Source of the DNA: Naegleria gruberi
Taxonomy: Eukaryota
NCBI GenBank assembly: GCA_000004985.1
Contig: GG738871.1
Strand: one strand, 5' to 3'
Length of the DNA stretch: 64,000 bases
The translations under genes and the position numbers were made by a program. Below, piece after piece: positions 45,501-54,689 of this stretch. The notes beneath the pieces are model-generated. The model was given only the letters and a program-made list of their open reading frames with translations, was not told the DNA's origin and ran no database searches. Every line of letters begins with the position of its first letter. The first letter of the stretch is position 1.

Positions 45501-46962
45501 TTCCTTCTTATTCTTCTTGTCATGGAAGGATGATATCAAGAATGCTCTCAAATCAGAAGATACAGAGCTGCTCAATAATATTAGAAAGCTAGCCTCAAGT
45601 ACCTTCAGTCACGTCCAAAATGCAACAGCCAGATTGTTCCCATTATTGAAGGAGTACGAAGACTTGTTGACTAAGGATTATAGAGATGGTAACAGGGTTT
45701 TGAGAGATTTGGACTTGGCAGAGACTAAATCTGCCAGACAAGCTGTAGTAGACTCTCGTCCTCCACTTGTTGCTTCCATGGTTCTTGAATTCTTGAATGA
45801 ATCTCTTACTGTTAGAAAGGAAGAATTTGGTTCTCAACAAGATGCCTACTATCACATGATTGTTGGTCTTATTGAATCACGTGTTTTCACATTGGTTCTT
45901 GATGAAGTTCTTGCAACTGTCACCCAAAAGAGAGTTCACCAAGGTACCGTTATGGGATCCTTGTTTATTGCCAAGTTTGCTAAATTCCTTGTTTGCAATC
46001 AATTGGTTCCACAAGACAAGACCAGTGATAACAACCCTACCAAGTGGGGAGCTCTTAAAACAGCCTTCTCATTGAAGAGAAAGGAGGTTGTTGAAGTCAA
46101 ACAGGCTCTCTATTCTGGTTCCAAGGTTGAAATCAATAGTGCCATTCTTCTCTCCATGTGGGACTTTATTGGAAAGCCTGACAGATTGAGAAAGACCTAC
46201 AGACCTCGTTGTGCCATGTTGATTGCCTTCCGTCATCTTATCAAGGTACCTGAAATTTTCAACATGATGCCAAGGGATGCCTTTACCAACTTTTATACCA
46301 AATTATTGGAATTGTGTAAGGATGATGTAGATATGGAATTCAACAGAAATGCATGGAGATTATTCTATCAACTTATTAAATTCCATGGTGAAGATGTTAT
46401 GAAAGATATTGTAAATCATAACATGTCCAGTTTCTTGAATCTCATTACCGTTCAAAAGTCCATCATTGCTACTAATGCCCTTCATTACTTTAACAAGATT
46501 TTCAACTTGCCAATCGAAAGAACCATCTCCAACAAGTTGAGCTCTTTTGCCACTCCAGATCTCCGTTGTGAAAAGGGATACAATGTTCCTCAAAAGACCA
46601 ATGCTCAATACATCAAGACAGTCGATATGCTCATCAACTTTATTATCAATAAGAATATGGTGGAGGCTATCTTTTCCAATGCATACAACTTGTGGTCTAA
46701 GGACTTTAAGGGTTGGCCATTCCAAAGTTTAGCCACTCTCTTCTTCACAATCAACACTCACTCTGCATGCACTAAACTCCAACAAGCATTCCAAAAAGCT
46801 AATATTGGCAATACATTGGGTGTTGTTTGTAAAATGGTTTCTGCACCAGAGGACAGTGGTTATCATGACTATAAGAGAAGATTTAATCTTGATAAGGATG
46901 TCATGGATTGGAACATGAAACACAAACATTACTTGTATATTAAAGCAGATGAAAAGAAGTAG
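42526..46962 (+). CDS. large uncharacterised protein (~1460 aa); probable start at ATG 42577 (A-rich context)
   Basis: Uninterrupted 4.4-kb ORF in AT-rich DNA; no domain recognised by eye. Confidence 0.5.
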   Translation: MIFTTIKCHLPKTLLKKMSMSNGLGDLNNSQSNLMKLATLNSSFQQQQSIDQDMGTFEKKLAAEAEAFERALIEETSQPLRRALQRYEFYTRQEEQRQERKRELGSLVKRKERGFQQYTTTQQRLEKKCSTSNHHDYDAYLCLGQGGQLVEKNYYGPLLVYSSNSSASNNSSSDGQDEEESLILNKKHSDHHHHHEKSEETMDEHHSDDDLIHEAILEEQKHLIETFTAMQNGELPTPSGVASKPVYLGEDGTLYNLYYEPLPKQDSSMLRGRGKFSQIAYGSSAKSSEAEIVEGINKAKQLKDKKNLTNEEELIVKKYGQVVNGSEELIDKYVRRGRMLDRYEYQHDPDLYLSAPDPESFTSFDDYEEALLNWTKQVESKLGYLQLPRVMGRHYFRPAERSENSAAAENAIDQRASTHLHGSRHISENLTAIALKGGFDDDSLDGPNTIGHETWEAQLVPLEPKPEFYETFKEYEMAMIRWAIVTLGLPFLPPHVAQYQTLLGLKLVNEPTFQISGVQVSSQDNEEKEDLETNINDDDRLDDDKVSIRYEVKNEWENLKPNVKQEITNGIQQVVNTKMENKKKYRSYHKPVLPIIHGTLKSERKAVQLKLVAGERTKPENVRSWIVYQRQKKSLSCVPAQLTLTYSSANASDIDHQIPLRRKDLTPLDIRASQDCEEVERDVVNFDSPEYDLGEIDFNLLANNPNYMMFLQIVLARKDNEKRFDHLNSWYFPKEEPFYLSEMFSGLCSVLDKVEHPSQMKVSHFEGIFQSSVYLDDFQKFLNTDLKLRMSMMKNGVEIPVETYGKLMFCSTTKQHFSAILKFFHNSNSPLTHVKVAHYVKEFFKQENSKDIISEYLQDDDYTTLQYIARAVTLFDEVPVQLYEYSESTRNAVINIVLSDQGKKKEDSTLRMVDKFLVNLLMLYYTNCITVSLVEEDKAYPHVYPFLVTKLEKYIDEVNKYLKCSKSFLKSHIWKILGSRTKSVTALGKFVLSFLFFLSWKDDIKNALKSEDTELLNNIRKLASSTFSHVQNATARLFPLLKEYEDLLTKDYRDGNRVLRDLDLAETKSARQAVVDSRPPLVASMVLEFLNESLTVRKEEFGSQQDAYYHMIVGLIESRVFTLVLDEVLATVTQKRVHQGTVMGSLFIAKFAKFLVCNQLVPQDKTSDNNPTKWGALKTAFSLKRKEVVEVKQALYSGSKVEINSAILLSMWDFIGKPDRLRKTYRPRCAMLIAFRHLIKVPEIFNMMPRDAFTNFYTKLLELCKDDVDMEFNRNAWRLFYQLIKFHGEDVMKDIVNHNMSSFLNLITVQKSIIATNALHYFNKIFNLPIERTISNKLSSFATPDLRCEKGYNVPQKTNAQYIKTVDMLINFIINKNMVEAIFSNAYNLWSKDFKGWPFQSLATLFFTINTHSACTKLQQAFQKANIGNTLGVVCKMVSAPEDSGYHDYKRRFNLDKDVMDWNMKHKHYLYIKADEKK

Positions 46963-47031
46963 ATTTCAACAACGTCAACACAAATATCTAGAAGATTTTA
47001 TTTTCCTGCTCAATAAAAATTTAATGAACCA

Positions 47032-49401
47032 TTGGCCTTTCTTAATTCTCCCAAACTCCAACAACCAGTAAGCAACTTGCTAACCGTAGAACCTCATATA
47101 CTGTGCCACAAACAATTTGTTATCCTCCAAAAATCCGCAGGAACCGTAAACAGCTATCTTGAACATTCTAACTTGCCGTTTTTAGCCATGGTATTGTTTG
47201 ATGAATTTTCAAATTTTCATAACAGCAGAAAAAAACCTCAAAAGACAGCACGCACCAAGGTTGTTGTCTTCTCTCATAGAATCAACAAGAACAAGAACAT
47301 GATGCAACAACCTATTAGGAGTATGGTGATGAATAGCAGCCTCAAGATGAAGCTAGGACTTGTTTTAATTCTCTCCATCCTCTTCTTCTCATGTTCTCTT
47401 CATAACATGGTAACATGCTCAAATAGTAATCAGGATTTTAAAAACATGAATCATCAACCAATTATTGATAATATAATCGCGAATAGTGCTATTGAACAAC
47501 AACAACAACATGAACAAATATCAACCAATAGCAGATCATTAATAGATTTAAAGGGATTATTGAAGAAAACTAAGGGACTTTTAAGACTTCCATCAAAGAA
47601 ACACTTTCTCACAATAGATTTCAAGTTGCATTCAAGATCCAATGTCATTGTTAATTCAAATGCTAGTGATAAGAAGGAACCACTCTATAGAGGAAGAGCT
47701 TTATTGAACTATCAGGGAAGTAACAATAGATTGAGACTTGTTTCGACCTCTTCTTTGCTAAAAAAGACAATTTATTATGATTCAGACAAGATGTCATATA
47801 CTGATCATGATTTGTCTGGAGAAAGAGAAGATGTAATTGTTCCAACAAGTGAAGTGCCATTCCACAAGTTTTTCCAAGCTTTACATGATGAAATGATGAG
47901 TGGAATTGCTCATTCCAATTATATTCCTGCAAAAGTTCCAATTTATGATGAAGCAATTGAGAGATTGTGTCCAAATTTTAGAAATTCAAGACATTTAGTT
48001 TATTTTGGAGAGCAATATTATGTTTTTTGTATTGGAAGGGAAAGTGTTTCACATAAGAATGAGGACGAAACACTCAATGCAAATCTTTTGCTTACCAAGT
48101 TTATTATAGCTCAGGAATTTATTGTGGAAATTTCAAATATTCACTCAAGTCTACTTCCATTAGATTTCAATCTCAGTAAAATGATTAGAGGAATTTTCAC
48201 ACAACAAAACGAAGAGGAAAACTTTAATTTGTTCGTGGAATCTCCAACCATTCAAGAAGAATTGAGAAAATTCGATTTGAAATACAGAAAGAAGAGTCAG
48301 TCAGGTTTGAAAGACTTATTCCCAAAGGAAAGAGCTATTTTCTCGGAGAGAAGTTATACTCCAGATCCAGATCCAACTCATTCCCACTTTTTCAGTTCTG
48401 TCAGCTGTAAGATTCCATATCTTCGTGGTAAATTATGTAAGGAAACTGACAGTTTGGTAGCTAAGGATGACAGGAAGATTTGTTTCTTTTTACATGGAGC
48501 TGGTCAATGGTATGTTTTTGTTCATTTCACATTCATGTTCTAATTAACATCATGTCAATTTCTATATTCTGTTTTTCAAAACTAAATTAGGCCATCTGAT
48601 AAGGGAGAACCAACTAGAAAAGATTATACAGATTATTGGGGTCCAATGTCTGATTACACACCTCAATGCTCTGAAAGATGGTACATTAGAGAGGAAACCA
48701 AATACAGAGGATGGGACAATCGTGAACTTCAACAAAGTTTTTGTGATTTCCTCCTCTTGAAACATCTCCCACAACTGGCCAATAGCACTGCTGACAGAAC
48801 TGTCAAGAATGCCATCATTTATGCTCATTCAATGGGTAATTTAATTCTTGCAGGAGCCATCAAGAATGGAATTTGTAATTTGGAAAAGGAAACCATCTCC
48901 TGGTACAATATTCAGGGACCAATGAAGGGAAGTAAGGCAGCTCACATGTTACAAGATTTGTGTGCCAATAGAGTTTCAGTGCTTACCCCTGGAATTGCCA
49001 AGACCATTGCTGCTAAGGGTGGTTACTGTCTCTCTAAGGAAAGTGAAACTCTATTCCCAACCTATGAATCCTTAAAGATTGATTATCCAGGAATTGATCA
49101 ATTGGGTGAAATTGCTGCTCCATATATTAAGGGACACATGTGTGGTACGAGCCCATCTGGATTGAATACAATCTATGCTCCTGCTCTTTCATTCCTGAGT
49201 AATTTGGTCAAGTATGGAGAAGCAAATGATGGAATGGTTACAATTAGTTCATGTCGATTGGCTCCTTTGGAATCATTCACTTCAAATCACTATACTCAGA
49301 ATTATATGGTTGAAGCAAATCATGCTGATGGTACATGTCAATCTGGTGATGCTTGGTTTGGTTCTGTAAAGCCATGTTCATATTATCTTTTGAAGAAATA
49401 A
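47032..49401 (+). CDS. secreted alpha/beta-hydrolase (lipase-like), 2 exons (47032 or 47299..48509, 48591..49401)
   Basis: Hydrophobic signal/anchor MKLGLVLILSILFFSCSL sits ~100 aa into the ORF, so ATG 47299 is the more likely start. FFLHGAGQW oxyanion-type motif and GxSxG nucleophile elbow IYAHSMGNLI. 81-nt intron (TG|GTATGT...AATTAG|G) restores the W codon. Confidence 0.5.
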
Positions 49402-49660
49402 ACTTATGTTTCAATTAGAAAAAAGACAATGAAATTTATCTAAATTGATTATCTGCGCTCAACAGGTGTGCAGTTGGATATTCTTCAGTATTCGTTACAA
49501 AGTTTACAAAATTATCTTCCGCCGGATTGTGGTTCGTGCGCACAATTTTTCCACCTCACCAATTCTTGCTGGGTACAGCAAGAAAACAAGGCGAATTGAA
49601 ATAAATAGTGTTGTGAAATGATTTTCTTTTGAAAACATATCAAAAAAATCTATTCACACA

Positions 49661-50244
49661 ATGGCTTCTAGCTCAATCAAGGCAATTTTCTTGCTTTCTC
49701 TCATTGTTGCTCTTCTTTTCGTTGATCAATCAGTCCAATCTTTGAGAAGTTATGATCTAGATCCAAAAGAAGTTGTTCTTCCATTCTACACAAAAGCTTT
49801 AACTGCCAACAATCAAACTGGCATCAATGGGCTCGCTCCATTACTCGACAAGATGTTAACCAAAAATTTCCAATCCATCAATGCAGAAGAAACCAAAAAC
49901 AAGGCAACCATGATTGCAAGTATTCAATACTTTTGGAAATTAATCCCAAATCTCAAATGGGAAGGTATGTATTAATAATGTTGTTTACAATAATATTGAA
50001 TTCAATATATTACAAAAAATTGAATATTAAAGTAAGAGAAATGCTTCAAGATAGGAATAGAGTAATTGTCAGATCACGTGCTAGTGGTAATCCAATTGGA
50101 AATTTCTTTGGAGTTCCATGTAATGGATCCAAAGCATTTGATATCATGACCATTGATATTCATACAGTTGAGAATAATCAAATTGAAACTATTTATCATG
50201 AAGAAGAATGGACTCTTGCCATTAAACAATTATCTGGAAAATAA
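49661..50244 (+). CDS. secreted SnoaL/NTF2-like fold protein, 2 exons (49661..49964, 50033..50244), 171 aa
   Basis: Signal peptide; ..VIVRSRASGNPIGNFFGVPCNGSKAFDIMTIDIHTVENNQIETIYHEEEW.. resembles SnoaL-like polyketide cyclase/NTF2 family; 68-nt intron GTATGT..TTAAAG. Confidence 0.45.
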
Positions 50245-50269
50245 ATAGTACCATGATTGACTTCATCAA

Positions 50270-52188
50270 TTAATGACATCTCTTTTTTTGACAATCAATG
50301 ACCAACCATTGATAGTAGAATGCTTGTGGTGATAATGGCTCCATACCTTCCTGTAGTACAATAGCAAGCTTTGGTCTTTGAGAAATTAGTACTTCTAATA
50401 GGTCGAGTGTAGGCTCAGTTTGTAGATTTAGATATTCAAGTTGCGGCCAACAATTAATGTTTTCTAGTAAAAAATTGAAGAGACCTAAATCAGTGCTTTC
50501 AATAACTTTCAAGTTGGGAAATGATTCTGTGAGAAGAGGATACATTTCATGACTGCAACAATAATTAACCAGTTCAGTTACATTCGAGTTAGATCCAATC
50601 TTCTTGTCTTGTTTATCCAAAACTCTATCCAATATTACTTTCTTCAAATTGGCACATGATTGAATTAAATCGAATGTGCCTGAATTGATTTCAATCTCTT
50701 CTAAAGTATTGATATATAATTCTACAATCTTTTTGGATTTCTTTGAATCTAATTCTCCAAATTCTCCAAAGCTTTTTATATTTGGTGCAACAGCTTTCAA
50801 AGAGCTCAATAATTTTTCATATTGTTCATCATTAAAAGTATACCCAGAACCAATATCTATATATTCCAATTTTGGATTTGGATTTCCTCCAAAATAGACA
50901 TCTTCGTCTTGCTCTTCGTATCCACCCTCATACCAAACTCGTTGTGCTCTAAAACTTTTCAATGTTAGGAAGTCTCCAAGTTTTTTCAATATGGCACCAG
51001 TAATACATGACACAGGTTCTAAATCTATTACTTCAATACTTGATTGTTTTTCTAAGAATTTTAACAGACCTTCATCTGTAATGTCTAATTCTATTTGAGT
51101 TGAGCCATCGTCACTAGCAATATCAAGTGTTTTCAATTTTGGACAGAATTTGCAAATTAATTCTAATTGATCGTCATCAACAGATGTAGAACTAATCAAA
51201 TAGAAATGTTCCAGGTTAGGAAACAATCCAAGTATATCAAAAATACAGCAAGTATCATTAAAGTACTTGTCTACTCTTAATGTCTTTAGATTATAAAATA
51301 TAGGTATGTAGGCAAAAGTTTCGTCAAATGCTTCCTTTCTATCCTCTGTAATGTTATCAATAATAGGTATACGAACACCTCCTTTTCCCCTTCCCAAACC
51401 ACCCACTGTGTATTGGTATTCCTGATGTTCAATATTGAGGCACAATATCTCTATATCTTTCAATTTTGTTAGAATTTTGAAAAGTTTAGATCTGGTTAAT
51501 GTCATTTCAATTTCCACAGCCTTCAATCCATAACCAATTGGTTCTGATTCAATAGTTTTGATAAATTTTTGACTCTCTAATGCCTCATAAATATGTCTTC
51601 CTCTATTTTCGTCTGGTAATTTGACACTAAGAGTTTCGACCTGAAGTGGAGTTGGGCTTTCTTTTCTTATATTCAATAATTCAAATACAGATTCATCATC
51701 AAAATCTAATTTGAAAGAGCTTGACAACTCTTCAATTGATCCATTTCTTTTAGCTATTTCTGTTAGAATCTCTGTAATTGGCTCCACATTCGGCTCTCCC
51801 ACCCAAAGCTTTTCCATTTGTCTTTTTCCAACACTTATCATATTAATTTACCCATGAAAACAAACCTCAATGCATTCACAATTGACCATTCTTTGATTTT
51901 TACATTTCTGGAATACTTTTTTGGATGCTCTTTCACATAATACTTGCAAATAACTTTTTTAATATATTCCATTGTCCATTCATAGGTATCTTTGCAAGTC
52001 ATTGCCAACATTAACACTCCTCCAGTGGATAAATATTGAAAAATCACAGTCCATTCATCCCGAGTCAAATCAGAGAAGGAATATGTATTTACTTGATCGG
52101 ATGTTGATGATAATTTAATCTTTTTGTGATCGGCATTATCATTTTGATCTTTGTCAACTGAGTCAAGCGCTTGATTGCTTCGTTTCAT
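50270..52188 (-). CDS. F-box / LRR (RNI-like) protein; F-box exon (51866..52188) and LRR exon (50270..51821) possibly joined by 44-nt intron 51822..51865
   Basis: Upstream ORF has F-box FSDLTRDEWTVIFQYLSTGGVLMLAMTCKDTYEW. Downstream ORF is leucine-rich repeats. The two ORFs overlap by 4 nt in different frames. Splicing AG|GTTTGT...AAAAAG|A gives a 1875-nt in-frame CDS, but the donor is weak. A frameshift or two separate genes are the alternatives. Confidence 0.4.
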
Positions 52189-52372
52189 TTTTTATTATTT
52201 AACCTTTTCAAATGTGGATCACAACGTTGCATTCGATATGTTTTTCTATTTTGTAAAACCACTGAAAAAGAGGGATTTTCATCAGATATAGCAGTTTGTT
52301 AAATGAAATGATTCCAAAATCTTGTCAATTTGCGAAATAACGATAAATAAACCTTAATTTACAGAAATGAAT

Positions 52373-52491
52373 GGCTACGGCCATATCACGATGAATGCAC
52401 CTCATCCCGTCCGATTTGAGAAGTTAAGCATCGTCGAGCCACATCAGTACTGAGGTTGGAGACAACTTGGGAACCTGTGGTGCTGTAGTCT
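52373..52491 (+). rRNA. 5S ribosomal RNA
   Basis: GGCTACGGCCATATCACGATGAATGCACCTCATCCCGTCCGATTTGAGAAGTTAAGCATCGTCGAGCC...GGGAACCTGTGGTGCTGTAGTC aligns with the eukaryotic 5S consensus (GCCTACGGCCATACCACCCTGAACGCGCCCGATCTCGTCTGATCTCGGAAGCTAAGCAGGGTCGGGCC...); helix I pairs 5' GGCTACGGC with 3' GCTGTAGTC. Confidence 0.85.
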
Positions 52492-52495
52492 TTTT
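52491..52495 (+). terminator. RNA polymerase III oligo-T terminator of 5S gene
   Basis: TTTTT immediately after the 3' end of the 5S helix I. Confidence 0.6.
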
Positions 52496-52878
52496 ACCTT
52501 ATTAATTTCTTCAGGTTGCAACTGTCAATTTCTGAATTAATTTATTATTATTGTTATTTCAGATATCATCCCAGCAGTTGTTCTGACCGATTCATGTTCA
52601 TCCACTCACTTGAAATTTTGTACGTTATGATTGGAATGTGAGTTTAATTCAATATTGTATATTCAACGTTCAATTATTTTCCATCCAGTATTACCGATAA
52701 TTTATTGAATTTTAATCAAGGAAAAAAAAGCGGTTAAAACTGCGGGTATTATCTCAATCAATATTAAGACCTATAAAGAGATATTTGAAAGAATTGTAGC
52801 CCTACATGTCTAGTTTATGGGGTAAAAAATTGAAAATTGTAACATTAGTTGTATTAATAAAAATTGATATCTTACTGA

Positions 52879-52949
52879 TGCGTCGACCGGGAATTGAACC
52901 CGGGTCACGGCGATGGCAACGCCGTATTCTACCACTAAACCATCGACGC
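52879..52949 (-). tRNA. tRNA-Gly (anticodon GCC)
   Basis: Reverse complement GCGTCGATGGTTTAGTGGTAGAATACGGCGTTGCCATCGCCGTGACCCGGGTTCAATTCCCGGTCGACGCA; anticodon loop TTGCCAT; close to canonical eukaryotic tRNA-Gly-GCC. Confidence 0.9.
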
Positions 52950-53052
52950 TTCATATTCATAATATTTGTAATTCAGACATGAAAATTAACTACTGATGTC
53001 TGTCCAGACAAACACTCTAATAATTATTGTAATTGATTTTGAATGTTAAAAA

Positions 53053-54249
53053 ATGTCAAAACATCAAATAATGATTAGTGTCACTTTGGCATGCTTGTTA
53101 TTGGTGACGACCGTTGCTTCTAAAGTAATAACACCATCATCACGATTAATTTCTGTAACAACTCCTTCCGATAGAGCAGCCATTTCTGTAAATAGTTTTA
53201 TTGACAAATTCCTTGATCCGAAATCGAATTATTTATTCGATACTTTTACCAATTCATCAAAAACTGTTTCACCTTTAACAGGTTATTGGACTTTCGCCCA
53301 AGGATTTCACTCCATTATTGATAATGCCTTTAGAATTTCACAACAAAAACAGAGTTTATTGGATAAACCATTTTCCTATTATGTCCAATTGATTTCACAA
53401 TTATACAGTGGACAAGATAAGATTGGATGGGATAGACCCTATGTGGATGACATGAATTGGATGGGAATTACATTGTTTTGGGCTTTTAAAGTTACAGGAA
53501 ATCAAACTTATTTGGATAAATGTCTGTATCTGTATCAGATTATTGAAGGAAATTGGGACGAAACTTGTTGTGGATCTGTAAAGGGAGGAATTTGGTGGGA
53601 TTATTCTCATTCACAGAAGGCTACTGCTTCCAATGCAGGTCCTGCAATTTTAGCTTCACTTTTATATCAAGAAATTGGAAATCTAAATTATTTGAGTTTC
53701 TCATTGAAAGTTTTCAATTTTTGGAATAATTTAATGGTAGATAAAAAGACAAGTGCTGTATGTGATCATATTTCAGCAAAGGGAGATATTGAATGCTCTT
53801 GGAGATTTACCTACAATGAAGGATTAATGATTGGAGCTGCCACCAATCTCTACAAAATTACAAATAATCAAACCTATCTCAATATTGCTTCTAATATTGC
53901 CAATTTTATGATTAGCAATGAAGTAACATTCTCAAAGATTGGAGGAACTGTTCTCTTCGATGGTACCAATTGTGTTGGAGATTGTGTTCAATTTAAGGGA
54001 ATTGCATTCAGATATTTACAATTTCTCTTCAATAATTTGAATGATAATTATCCAATCAAATCTAAAATTCAACAAGTTTTGAATTCTAGTGTGGAAAGTA
54101 TTTGGGAATTGGCCAGAAATCCTAACCTTGAATTATTTGGAGTCAATTGGGCAGGTCCTTCTCCATCCAATACTTTACAATATTATGAAGCTCAAGTGAA
54201 TAGTGTTGTAATGACTCTTTCACTTGCTGTTTCACAACAATTGAAATAA
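53053..54249 (+). CDS. secreted glycoside hydrolase family 76 (Dfg5/Dcw1-like alpha-1,6-mannanase)
   Basis: Signal peptide; GGIWWDYSHSQKATASNAGPAILASLLYQ resembles the GH76 GG(L/M)WW...N.....A.LA.RLY block; alpha/alpha-toroid-like periodicity. Confidence 0.5.
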   Translation: MSKHQIMISVTLACLLLVTTVASKVITPSSRLISVTTPSDRAAISVNSFIDKFLDPKSNYLFDTFTNSSKTVSPLTGYWTFAQGFHSIIDNAFRISQQKQSLLDKPFSYYVQLISQLYSGQDKIGWDRPYVDDMNWMGITLFWAFKVTGNQTYLDKCLYLYQIIEGNWDETCCGSVKGGIWWDYSHSQKATASNAGPAILASLLYQEIGNLNYLSFSLKVFNFWNNLMVDKKTSAVCDHISAKGDIECSWRFTYNEGLMIGAATNLYKITNNQTYLNIASNIANFMISNEVTFSKIGGTVLFDGTNCVGDCVQFKGIAFRYLQFLFNNLNDNYPIKSKIQQVLNSSVESIWELARNPNLELFGVNWAGPSPSNTLQYYEAQVNSVVMTLSLAVSQQLK

Positions 54250-54689
54250 TAAAACATCACTTGTCAATAAATTTAAATATTAATAAATTTAAACCACATT
54301 CAAAGGAATGCAGAATGAACAACATTTTCTTATAGCGAGAATATCAATGATATATATAAGAAACATAACGGCAACCCAAACCAAAAACAAACACTGTTCC
54401 AACAAATCTGTTTCTGTTCTAAATATATTCTTTTATTTTTAATTACCTCAAATAATGACACCGCCAGTGAGCTTTCTATCTGTATAGTGATGTGGCTCGA
54501 TACTGATAATGCTTAACTTTTTAAATTGTGGCTTCCAAATGTTTTAACTTACGGCTGTTGGTTTATCATAGCAGGAGTATCTTCTGTTCCTGATGATGAG
54601 ACATTAGCTTCATTGAGAAGTTAATTTGTTTGTAGAGACATTTCTTTGTGTTGTTTATTAGCCGCCTTGATGAAAGTAAGTGTTTAAGT

